From Eledone cirrhosa (Eukaryota), in assembly GCA_964016885.1 (NCBI GenBank), contig OZ024744.1, forward strand, positions 116,188,001 through 116,252,000: a DNA stretch of 64,000 bases. The letters run 5' to 3'. The notes under the pieces are model-generated. The model was given only the letters and a program-made list of their open reading frames with translations. It was not told where the DNA came from and ran no database searches. Below are positions 1-12,142 of this stretch, in pieces. The position numbers and the translations under genes were made by a program. Numbering within the stretch: the first letter of the stretch is position 1; each line of letters begins with the position of its first letter.

Positions 1-803
1 TGTTGCTAAAAAATATTGTAATCATTATATATCGTACATTCTGTGGCATCCTTTATAAAAATAGCTTAAACCAACGAAGCCTTTATTTTTACGCTATTTC
101 ACTTAGTTAATTCTTAGAGTGTAACATATAAAAATAAATACATCTATGTTTAATGTAATAACAGCTATAAATAATTACGTAATATTATTATCATATACTC
201 ATAGTAACAAAATAATTGTGTTGAAACTTAATATGATGCTTATATGAACGATCAAATCTATAATGATAATTTCTTAAATATACTAATAGTAAAATAATTT
301 AGTTATCTATTGTTACATTTTCATAGAACTATAATATTAACAATCGTATTGCATTATCAAATTTTTATCACTACAAACTTTCATATTGGAATTACCTTAA
401 GCCACTTATTATTACTTCGCTTTCGTACTTTTACAGCTGTAGATATTGCGCTGTATCTTATATCTAATATCAATATCTCGTGGTAATTTGCATGAAGTGT
501 AAAATAGGTTTATTAATAACTTTAATATGAAATGTATTATACAGGGCTGCGGAGTCGGCCAAAAATTGACTGGCTCCAACTCAGGATCCGATACTCCATT
601 ATTTCCTAAATTTCAGCTCCGCAGCTCTGTTATTATATTAATTAATTTATTTTATAGTTGTAAATGATATTTTTATATGTTACACTCTAAGAATTAACTA
701 AGTGAAATAGCGTAAAAATAAAGGCTTCGTTGGTTTAAGCTATTTTTATAAAGGATGCCACAGAATGTACGATATATAATGATTACAATATTTTTTAGCA
801 ACA
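1..803. repeat. Long inverted repeat (foldback/MITE-like); arms 1-136 and 668-803, left arm cut by the window edge
   Basis: 1-136 (tgttgctaaaaaatattgtaatc...gtaacatataaaaata) is the reverse complement of 668-803; the spacer is AT-rich with no ORF. Confidence 0.85.
542..629. mobile_element. 88-bp hAT-type MITE
   Basis: TIRs cagggctgcggag / ctccgcagctctg; flanks gtattata (534-541) and ttattata (630-637) are a 7/8 match to an 8-bp TSD. Confidence 0.65.
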
Positions 804-880
804 ACTCTAGTCCCACACTTTTGAAGGTTTATTATAACATTCTGTGGCACTTTTGAGCTTGCGCATTTTTCATGTCTAGT

Positions 881-3604
881 ATATAATGTCTCTCATATCT
901 TGTCTCTCTCTCTATATATATATAATGTCACTCATATCTTGTCTCTCTCTCTATATATATAATGTCTCTCATATCTTGTTTCTCTCTCTATATATATATA
1001 ATGTCTCTCATATCTTGTCTCTCTCTCTATATATATAATGTCTCTCATATCTTGTCTCTCTCTCTCTATATATATATATAATGTCTCTCATGTCTTGTCT
1101 CTCTCTCTCTATATATATATAATGTCTCTCATATCTTGTCTCTCTCTCTATTTATATAATGTCTCTCATATCTTGTCTCTCTCTCTATATATATAATGTC
1201 TCTCATATCTTGTCTCTCTCTCTCTATATATATAATGTCTCTCATATCTTGTCTCTCTCTCTATATATAATGTCTCTCATATCTTGTCCCTCTCTCTCTA
1301 TATATATAATGTCTCTCATATCTTGTCTCTCTCTCTCTATATATAATGTCTCTCATATCTTGTCTCTCTCTCTATATATATATAATGTCTCTCATATCTT
1401 GTCTCTCTCTCTCTATATATATAATGTCACTCATATCTTGTCTCTCTCTATATATATATATAATGTCTCTCATATCTTGTCTCTCTCTCTATATATATAT
1501 AATGTCTCTCATATCTTGTCTCTCTCTCTATATATATAATGTCTCTCATATCTTGTCTCTCTCTCTATTTATATAATGTCTCTCATATCTTGTCTCTCTC
1601 TCTATATATATATATATAATGTCTCTCATATCTTGTCTCTCTCTCTATATATATAATGTCTCTCATATCATGTCTCTCTCTCTATATATAATGACTCTCA
1701 TATCTTGTCTCTCTCTCTATATATATAATGTCTCTCATATCTTGTCTCTCTCTCTCTATATATATAATGTCTCTCATATCTTGTCTCTCTCTCTATATAT
1801 AATGTCTATAATATCTTGTCTCTCTCTCTATATATATAATGTCTCTCATATCTTGTCTCTCTCTCTATATATATATAATGTCACTCATATCTTGTCTCTC
1901 TCTCTATATATATAATGTCTCTCATATCTTGTTTCTCTCTCTCTATATATATATATATAATGTCTCTCATATCTTGTCTCTCTCTCTCTATATATAATGT
2001 CTCTCATATCTTGTCTCTCTCTCTCTCTATATATATATAATGTCTCTCATATCTTGTCTCTCTCTCTCTCTATATATATAATGTCTCTCATATCTTGTCT
2101 CTCTCTCTATTTATATAATGTCTCTCATATCTTGTCTCTCTCTCTATATATATATAATTTCTCTCATATCTTGTCTCTCTCTCTATATATATATAATGTC
2201 TCTCATATCTTGTCTCTCTCTCTCTATATATATAATGTCTCTCATATCTTGTCTCTCTCTATATATATATATAATGTCTCTCATATATTGTCTCTCTCTC
2301 TATATATATAATGTCTCTCATATCTTGTCTCTCTCTATATATATATATAATGTCTCTCATATCTTGTCTCTCTCTCTCTATATATATAATGTCTCTCATA
2401 TCTTGTCTCTCTCTCTCTCTATATATATATAATGTCTCTCATATCTTGTCTCTCTCTCTATATATATAATGTCTCTCATATCTTGTCTCTCTCTATATAT
2501 ATATATAATGTCTCTCATATCTTGTCTCTCTCTCTATATATATATAATGTCTCTCATATCTTGTCTCTCTCTCTATATATATATATAATGTCTCTCATAT
2601 CTTGTATCTCTCTCTCTATATATATATAATGTCTCTCATGTCTTGTCTCTCTCTCTCTCTCTATATATATAATGTCTCCCATATCTTGTCTCTCTCTCTC
2701 TATATATATAATGTCTCTCATATCTTGTCTCTCGCTCTATATATATAATGTCTCTCATATCTTGTCTCTCTCTATATATATATAATGTCTCTCATTTCTT
2801 GTCTCTCTCTCTCTATATATATATAATGTCTCTCATATCTTGTCTCTCTCTCTATATATATATAATGTCTCTCATATCTTGTCTCTCTCTCTATATATAT
2901 ATATAATGTCTCTCATATCTTGTCTCTCTCTCTATATATATATAATGTCTCTCATAACTTGTCTCTCTCTCTATATATATATATAATGTCTCTCATATCT
3001 TGTCTCTCTCTCTCTCTCTATATATAATGTCTCTCATATCTTGTCTCTCTCTATATATATATAATGTCTCTCATTTCTTGTCTCTCTCTCTCTATATATA
3101 TAATGTCTCTCATATCTTGTCTCTCTCTCTATATATATATATAATGTCTCTCATATCTTGTCTCTCTCTCTCTATATATATAATGTCTCTCATATCTTGT
3201 CTCTCTCTCTCTCTATATATATATATATAATGTCTCTCATATCTTGTCTCTCTCTCTCTATATATATATATAATGTCTCTCATATCTTGTCTCTCTATAT
3301 ATATATATAATGTCTCTCATATCTTGTCTCTCTCTCTCTATATATATAATGTCTCTCATAACTTGTCTCTCTCTCTATATATATATATAATGTCTCTCAT
3401 ATCTTGTCTCTCTCTCTATATATATATAATGTCTCTCATAACTTGTCTCTCTCTCTATATATATATATAATGTCTCTCATATCTTGTCTCTCTCTCTATA
3501 TATATATAATGTCTCTCATATCTTGTCTCTCTCTCTATATATATATAATGTCTCTCATTTCTTGTCTCTCTCTGTCTATATATAATGTCTCTCTCTCTAT
3601 ATAT
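881..3604. repeat. ~40-bp compound minisatellite aatgtctctcatatcttgt(ct)n(at)n
   Basis: Directly visible tandem units with variable CT and AT tract lengths. Confidence 0.97.
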
Positions 3605-3607
3605 TTA

Positions 3608-3865
3608 ATGGTATAGACATGTGATGTGTATAGATGATGATTGTTGGGAGAAGAAGTGTCAGGAGTTCCCAGTGGAAGGTAGCTACAGTAGAGGATGACC
3701 TGGGTAGAGAGAGACGATTGCACTGCTATAGACATGTGATGTGTATGGATGCTGATTGTTGGGTGAAGAAGTGTCAGGAGTTCCCAGTGGAAGTTAGCTA
3801 CAGTAGAGGTAGGCTGCCGTATAGAGAGAAGACTGCACTGGTATAGACATGTGATGTGTATAGAT
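3608..3865 (+). repeat. 116-bp satellite, left part (interrupted by the hAT element)
   Basis: Same monomer as 6831-10087 (ggtatagacatgtgatgtgta...gagaagactgcact). Confidence 0.93.
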
Positions 3866-4065
3866 CAGGGTTTCGGCAACTTTTTAGAGAGAGAGGGCCA
3901 AACAGCTATGCAGTGTCATGGAGAAGGGCCATGTTATTAAATATGTAAATAAATTTTCTGGAGGTTTAAAGCAAAACAAGGATTTTAATATAATTTTATT
4001 TTAATATAATTTTATTTTATTTTACTGCAGCAATAACAAAAAAAAAAGAAAACAAACTACAAACT

Positions 4066-4789
4066 TTTAGCAGCATTGTATATAAATGTTATTGGAACAT
4101 GATTAACATAATGATGTCAACAGCTGAAATTAGAGATGAAATGTATGTTTATTTTTGTTGTAGCACAAATAATTGTTTCTACTTTAGGCACAAGGCCAGA
4201 AATTACGCAGTACATTACTGGTACTTTATTTTATCGACCCCGTAAGGATGAAAGACAAAGTTAACCTTGATGGGATTTGAACTCAGATCGTAAAGGGATG
4301 TAACTATGCTGGAAAGCATGGCGTCCGACCCTCTACTGATACTGCCAATCCACATGTTTGTCAATTTGTATGGTTGAAGTTACACATAAAATGAGGTACT
4401 TTATTTTATCGACTCCGTAAGGATGAAAGGCAAAGTTAACCTCGGCGGGATTTGAACTCAGATCATAAAGGGGCGTAACTCTATATTGTAGCACAAATAA
4501 TGTTTGTCAATTTGTATGGTTGAAGTTACACATGAAATGAGGTTATAAAAGGGAATGTGCCAGGCCCAAGGAAGGCCGGCAGCCCAAAGTGCAAAATCTC
4601 ACCGTTACATGTTGTACGTGCTACTCCTTCGAAGTTCAGGATGCGAGAGGCTGATTCTTCAAATCAACGCGGGAATTTTTCCCTCAGGGCGCGTAGAGAT
4701 ATATTCTCTTCTACTGGCGCTGATTGGCTGAGCTGGGCCAAATCACGCACAGAGAATGTATGTGAGCCCGCGGAATGTAGGTCACTACA
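4066..4789 (-). mobile_element. Solo LTR (family A) nested in the hAT element, carrying a SINE and an internal partial duplication
   Basis: Homologous to the LTRs at 12143, 13992, 16582 and 18618; minus strand reads TGTAGTGACC...GCTGCTAAA; 4-bp TSD aact (4062-4065, 4790-4793). Confidence 0.88.
4174..4352 (-). mobile_element. tRNA-derived SINE inside the solo LTR (partial second copy ~4394-4484)
   Basis: Minus strand has A box TGGCAGTATCAG, B box GAGTTCAAATCC and central TTTCATCCTTACGGGGTCGATAAAATAAAGTACC, resembling the Deu/Nin-domain core. Confidence 0.8.
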
Positions 4790-4930
4790 AACTCATTCAA
4801 CAAAAAAAAAAGCAAATTCCTTATTTTACTGCAGGAATAACAGAAAAACAATTACTATCACAATCAACAAAAAAAAAAAAAAAGCAAATTCCTTGCTACA
4901 TACGAAATACAGTTAGAAATGGTAAATGAT

Positions 4931-6733
4931 TTAATGAGACACTTGTTTCTGCTTATTGATCGATAACTTCTCCACATCAGGTGAAATATTTGTCGATGAC
5001 AGGAGCAAAACATCATCCAGGTGGTCGTCACAAAACCTTGTTCTTAAATGACTTTTAGTATATTTTATTTTGGAAAAAAGTTGTTCACAAGCATATGTAC
5101 TTCCAAATAATGATATCATCATAGCATTAGTCAAGATGTTTTTATATTTTCTGCTTGGCAATATATATTTCTTGTAAAAGTCAGCAGTGGATTCGAACTG
5201 AAATTTCGATTTCAAAGATTCGTCGCACTGTAAGTCAATTAACTCCAACTGATATTCTTCTGCCACAGATATCCAACTGATATTCTTCTCCACACCTGTT
5301 TCGTAAGGAGTACCAAATAACTTAAATAGAGTTCCATATTGCCGCAAGTCAGCAAAACGAGAGGAAAACTCGCTTCTCAAATCCTTAATAGAGCTCACAA
5401 AGATGTCTGGTATTATATCTCTCTTGTGATTTTGGAGACTTGGGAAATGAGAGTAGTTTCCTTTTTGAAGTTGTGATTCCCACAGTCGAAGTTTTCACTC
5501 AAAAGCAGTAATTTGACCAAACATCTCAAATACAACCTTGTTCTTTCCTTGAAGCTCAAGATTCAAAGTGTTCATGTGGGTTGTGATGTCCACTAAAAAA
5601 ACTAACTTGACAACCCACTGTGGATCCTGAAAGTAAGAATTATCTTGGTCTTTGCTCTCTAAAAACATAGAAATCTCTTCTCACAATGCATATACCCGTT
5701 CTATCATTTTTCCGTGGCTAAGCCATCGAACATTTGAAAAATATGTAAGGTTGCCATACTCTGCTTCAATTTGTTTTAGAAATTCTTGAAACTGGCGGTG
5801 ATTTAATCCTCTTGACAGTATAACATTCACTGTTTTCACGACCACTGCCATGATGTCCTTAAAATTCAGTGACTTTGCACATAATGCTTCTTGATGAATA
5901 ATGCAATGAAGTTTGATTAGTTTTTTATCAATACCGATGTGGTTTTGGAGCAATGCAACAAACCCCTCTTTCTCTCCAATCATTGCTGGTGCTCCATCTG
6001 TGATTACTCCAGAAAGCTTTGATAAATCCAGATTCATTTCGGTAATCCATTTTATTATGCTTTCCAAAATATCTGCTCCAGTGCTAGTGTCCTTCATAGG
6101 AATCAATTGTACAAATTCTTCCACAATATCAAATGTTGGTGTTACACCCCTCACAAACACTGCAGCTTGACAAGTATCCTTCATATCTGTGGTTTCATCG
6201 GTAGCAATGGAATAATACTCCAGATTATTTAAAATGTCCTCCAAGCCAGTTCTGACATTTGCTGCCAGCTCTTCAATTCGCCTTGTTACTGTTCTTGCCG
6301 ATAAGCTGATCGCAGAAAATAATTCCCTTTTTTCTGGACAAACAACATTTGCTACCTTCAACAATAATTCTTTGAAGAAATCTCCATTAGTAAAAGGTTT
6401 CAGCCTTTCTGCAATTAGTTTTGACACCTCGTAGCTAACACGAGTGTTCCGGTCACTTTCTTCAACTTTTCTAGTGAAAAAGGCTGATTGCTTTGTTACA
6501 TTATTTCTCAGCCATGCAACTTCGTTTACTCGTGCTTTTCCAGTAAAACTGTTCTAAGGATTATGACGAGTTTCATAGTGCCGTTTAATATTTGAAACTT
6601 TCTTCACGGCAATGGTTTCTTGGCAAATTAAGCAAATACATTTTCCGAAGTGCTCAATGAAAAAATAGCTAAGTGTCCAGCCATCGTTAAAAGTTTGGCA
6701 CTTCAAATCCACTTTTCTTTTCTTAGATTCCAT
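4931..6733 (-). pseudogene. hAT transposase (GTF2IRD2/EPM2AIP1-like), ~600 codons with nonsense stops
   Basis: Three ORF-track pieces lie in one frame, with stops at 6554-6556, 5681-5683 and 5495-5497. Motifs: BED-like CLIC..RHY..H, ATDETTD, TDGAPAM, HCIIHQEAL, VRWLS, FGSTYACEQLFS. Confidence 0.92.
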
Positions 6734-6830
6734 GGGCTTGTTTTTGTTCAAACAAAAAAGATTTATGGAAAGGAAAAAGAACAAAATGTATAATAATCAG
6801 AATGAAGAAATAAGAAACAATGAAAACAAA

Positions 6831-9800
6831 TGCTACAGTAAAGGAAGTTACCTGTGTGTAGAGAGAAGACTGAACTGGTATAGACATGTGATGTGTATGA
6901 ATGGTAATTGTTGGGTGAAGAAGTGTCAGGAGCTCCCAGTGGAAGGTAGCTACAGTAGAGGAAGACCTGGGCAGAGAGAGAAGACTGCACTGGTATAGAC
7001 ATGTGATGTGTATAGATGATAATTGTTGGGTGAAGAAGTGTCAGGAGCTCCCAGTGGAAGGTAGCTACAGTAGAGGAAGACCTGGGTAGAGAGAGAAGAC
7101 TGCACTGGTATAGACATGTGATGTGTATGGATGGTGATTGTGGGGTGAAGAGGTATCAGGAGCTCCCAGTGGAAGGTAGCTACAGTAGAGGAAGACCTGG
7201 GCAGAGAGAGAAGACTGCACTGGTATAGACATGTGATGTGTATGGATGGTGATTGTGGGGTGAAGAAGTGTCAGGAGTTCCCAGTGGAAGGTAGCTACAG
7301 CAGAGGCACACCGGGGTAGAGAGAGAAGACTGCACTGGCATAGACATGTGATGTGTATGGATGGTGATTGTTGGGTGAAGAAGTGTCAGGAGTTCCCAGT
7401 GGAAGGTAGCTACAGTAGAGGAAGACCTGGGGAGAGAGAGAAGACTGCACTGGTATAGACATGTGATGTGTATAGATGGTGATTGTGGGGTGAAGAAGTG
7501 TCAGGAGTTCCCAGTGGAAGGTAGCTACAGTAGAGGAAGACCTGGGTAGAGAGAGAAGACTGCACTGGTACAGACATGTGATGTGTATGGATGGTGATTG
7601 TGGGGTGAAGAAGTGTCAGGAGTTCCCAGTGGAAGGTAGCTACAGTAGAGCAAGTTAACTGGGTAGAGAGAGAAGAGTGCACTGGTATAGACATGTGATG
7701 TGTATGGATGATGAGTGTTGGGTGAAGAAGTGTCAGGAGCTCCCAGTGGAAGGTAGCTACAGTAGAGGAAGACCTGGGTAGAGAGAGAAGACTGCACTGG
7801 TACAGACATGTGATGTGTATGGATGGTGATTGTGGGGTGAAGAAGTGTCAGGAGTTCCCAGTGGAAGGTAGCTACAGTAGAGCAAGTTAACTGGGTAGAG
7901 AGAGAAGAGTGCACTGGTATAGACATGTGATGTGTATAGATGGTGATTGTTGGGTGAAGAAGTGTCAGGAGTTCCCAGTTGAAGGTAGCTACAGTAGAGG
8001 AAGATCTGGGGAGAGAGAGAAGACTGCATTGGTATAGACATGTGATGTGTATGAATGGTCATTGTTGGGTGAAGAAGTGTCAGGAGTTCCTAGAGGAAGA
8101 TAGCTACAGTAGAGGAAGACCAGGGTAGAGAGAGAAGAATGCACTGGTATAGACATGTGATGTGTACGGGTGGTGATTGTTGGGTGAAGAAGTGTCAGGA
8201 GTTCCCAGTGGAAGGTAGCTACAGTAGAGGAAGACCAGGGTAGAGAGAGAAGACTGCACTGGTATAGACGTGTGATGTGTATGGATGGTGATTGTTGGGT
8301 GAAGAAGTGTCAGGAGCTCCCAGTGGAAGGTAGCTACAGTAGAGGAAGACCAGGGTAGAGAGAGAAGACTGCACTGGTATAGACATGTGATGTGTATGGA
8401 TGGTGATTGTTGGGTGAAGAAGTGTCTGGAGTTCCTAGAGGAAGGTAGCTACAGTAGAGGAAGTTACCTGGGTAGAGAGAGAAGACTGCACTGGTATAGA
8501 CGTGTGATGTGTATGGATGGTGATTGTTGGGTGAAGAAGTGTCAGGAGCTCCCAGCGGAAGATAGCTACAGTAGAGGAAGACCTGGGTAAAGAGAGAAAA
8601 CTGCACTGGTATAGACATGTGATGTGTATGGATGGTGATTGTTGGGTAAATTATGTCAGGAGTTCCCAGTGGAAGGCAACTACTGTAGAGGAAGACTTGG
8701 GCAGATAGAGAAGACTGCACTGGTATAGACATGTGATGTGTATGGATGGTGATTGTTGTGTGTAGTAGTGTCAGGAGTCCCAGTGGAGGGTAGCAACAGT
8801 ACAGGAAGACCTGGACAGAAAGAGAAGACTGCACTGGTATAGACATCTGATGTGTATAGATGGTGATTGTTGGCTAAAGAAGTGCCTGGAGTTCCCAGTG
8901 GAGGGTAACTACAGTAGAGGAAGACCTGGGCAGATAGAGAAGACTGTACTGGTATAGACATGTGATGTGTATGGATGGTGATTGTTGGGTGAAGTAGTGC
9001 CAGGAGTTCTCAGCGAAAGGTTGCTGCAGTAGAGGACTGCACTGGTATAGACATGTAATCTGTATAGATGGTGATTGTTGGGTGAAGAAGTGTCAGGAGC
9101 TCCCAGTGGAAGGTAGCTACAGTAGAGGAAGACCTCGGTAGAGAGAGATAACTGCACTGGTATAGACATGTGATGTGTATGGATGGTGATTGTTGGGTGA
9201 AGAAGTGTCAGGAGTTCCCAGTGGAAGATAGCTACAGTAGAGGAAGACCTGGGTAAAGAGAGAAAACTGCATTGGTATAGACATGTGATGTGTATGGATA
9301 GTGATTGTTGGGTGAAGAAGTGTCAGGAGTTCCCAGTGGAAGGTAGCTACAGTAGAGGAAGACCTCGGTAGAGAGAGAAGACTGCATTGGTATAGACATG
9401 TGATGTGTATGGATGGTGATTGTTGGGTGAAGAAGTGTCAGGAGTTCCCAGTGGAAGGTAGCTACAGTAGAGGAAGACATGGGTAGAAAGAGATGACTGC
9501 ACTGATATAGACATGTGATGTGTATGGATGGTGATTGCTGGGTGAAGAAGTGTCAGGAGTATCCAGTGGTGGGGAGCTACAAAAGAGGTACACTGGGGTA
9601 GAGAGAGAAGACTGCACTGGTATAGACATGTGATGTGTATGGATGGTGATTGTTCTGTGAAGTAGTGTGAGGAGTTCCCAGTGGAAGGTAGCTACAGCAG
9701 AGGAAGACCTGGCTAAAGAGAGAAGACTGCACTGGTATAGACATGTGATGTGCATGGATGGTGATTGTTGGGTGAAGATGTGCCAGGAGTTCTCAGTGAA

Positions 9801-10087
9801 AGGTCGCTGCAGTAGAGGATGTCCAAGGAAGACCTCCGCAGAGAGAGAAGACTGCACTGGTATAGAAATGTGATGTGTATGGATGGTGATTGCTGCGGGA
9901 ACAAGGGTCAGGAGTTCCAAGTGGAGGGTAGCTACAGCAGAGGTACACCGGGGTAGAGAGAGAAGTCGACACGTGTATAAATTTATGATTTGTATGGTTG
10001 GTGATTGTTGGGTGAAGAAATGTCAGGAGTTCCCAGTGGAAGGTAGCTACAGTAGAGGAAGACCTGGGTAAAGAGAGAAGACTGCAT
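6831..10087 (+). repeat. 116-bp satellite derived from the RTE-clade LINE ORF C-terminus (~28 units)
   Basis: Tandem 116-bp units. The monomer translates as ERRLHWYRHVMCMDGDCWVKKCQEFPVEGSYSRGRP, matching the RTE/BovB motif RRLRW.GHV.RM...G.R.RGRP. Confidence 0.9.
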
Positions 10088-12142
10088 TCAAGAACACAAC
10101 ACAACCCACTCTAACACCCTTATCACTATGCCACCACATACCTCCACTGTTGTATACTGGAGTAATGTGAAATGTGTTTTGTTCAAGAACACAACACAAC
10201 CCAGTCTAACACCCTTACCACTAGGCCACCACATACCTCCACTGTAGTATACTGGAGTAATGTGAAATGAAGTGTCTTGTTCAAGAACACAACACAACCC
10301 AGTCTAACACCCTTACCACTAGGCCACCACATACCTACACTGTAGTATACTGGAATAATGTGAAATGTAGTGTTTTGTTTAAGAACACAACACACAACCC
10401 AGTCTAACACCCTTACCACTAGGCCACCACATACCTCCACTGTAGTATACTGGAGTAATGTGAAATGAAGTGTTTTGTTCAAGAACACAACACAACCCAG
10501 TCTAACACCCTTACCACTAGGCCACCACATACCTCCACTGTAGTATACTGGAGTAATGTGAAATGTAGTGTTTTGTACAAGAACACAACACACAACCCAG
10601 TCTAACACCCTTACCACTAGGCCATCACATACCTCAACTGTAGTATACTGGAGTAATGTGAAATGAAGTATCTTGTTGGAGAACACAACACACAACCCAG
10701 TCTAACACTCTTACCACTAGGCCACCCCATACCTCCACTGGAGTAATGTGAAATGAAGTGTCTTGTTCAAGCACAAAACATACAACCCAGTCTAACACAC
10801 TTACCACTAGGTCATCACATACCTCCACTGTAATATACTGGAGTAATGTGAAATGTTTGGTACAAGAACACAACACACAACCCAGTCTAACACCCTTACC
10901 ACTAGGCCACCCCATACCTCCACTGTTGTATACTGGAGTGATGTGAAATGAAATGTTTTGTTCAAGCACACAACACAGATTCCAGTCTAACACCCTTACC
11001 ACTAGGCTACCACATACCTCCTCTGTACTTTACTTGTGTAATGTGAAATGTTTTGTTCAAGAACACCACACACAACACAGTCTAACACCCTTACCACTAG
11101 GCCACCACATACCTCCACGGTAGTATACTGGAATACTGTGAAATGTAGTGTTTTGTTCAAGAACACAACACACAACCCAGTCTAACACCCCTACCACTAG
11201 GCCACCACAGACCTCCACTGTAGTAAACTGGAATAATGTGAAATGTAGTGTTTTGTTCAAGAACACAACACACAACCCAGTCTAACACCCTTACCACTAG
11301 GCCACCACATACCCCCACTGTAGTATACTGGAATAATGTGAAATGTAGTGTTTTGTTCAAGAACACAACACACAACCCAGTCTAACACCCTTGCCACTAG
11401 GCCACCACATACCTCCACTGTAGTATACTGGAGTAATGTGAAATGAAGTGTTTTGTTCAAGAACTCAACACACAACCCAGTCTAACACCCTTGCCACTAG
11501 GCCACCACATACCTCCACTGTAGTATACTGGAATAATGTGAAATGTAGTGTTTTGTTCAAGAACACAACACACAACCCAGTCTAACACCCTTACCACTAG
11601 GCCACCACATACCTCCACTGTTCTATACTGGAGTAATGTGAATTGAAGTGTTCAAGAACACAACACACAACCCAGTCTAACACCCTTACCATTAGGCCAC
11701 TACATACCTCCACTGTAGTATACTGGAGTAATGTGAAATGTAGTGTTTTGTTCAAGAACACAACACACAACCCAGTCTAAAACCTTTACCAGTAGGCCAC
11801 CACATACCTCCAGTGTAGTATACTGGAATAATGTGAAATGAAGTGTTTTGTTCAAGAACACCAGAAAGAACCCAGTCTAACACCATTACCACTAGGCCAC
11901 CCCATACCTCCACTGTAGTATAGTGGAGTAATGTGAAATGTAGTGTTTTGTTCAAGAACACAACACAACCCAGTCTAACACCCTTACCACTAGGCCATTA
12001 CATACCTCCACTGTAGTTTACTTGAGTAATGTGTTATGAAGTGCTTTGTTTAAGAACACAACACACAACCCACTCTAACACCCTTACCACTAGGCACCAC
12101 ACACCTCCACTGTAGTTTACTGCAGTAATGTGAAAGGAAATG

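Larger units (their letters stand above)
3866..6830 (-). mobile_element. Truncated hAT DNA transposon (Charlie/Buster/SPIN-like)
   Basis: Starts with hAT-type terminus cagggtttcggcaac at 3866 inside a satellite monomer and contains a transposase pseudogene. No matching TIR is visible at the other end. Confidence 0.8.

Noticed and set aside
1159-3616. Repetitive ORFs (MSLISCLSLYIY...)
   Set aside because: Translations of the minisatellite; frames shift with tract length.
4931-6733. Domesticated GTF2IRD2/EPM2AIP1 host gene
   Set aside because: Three nonsense codons, a TIR and insertion into a satellite indicate a dead transposon.
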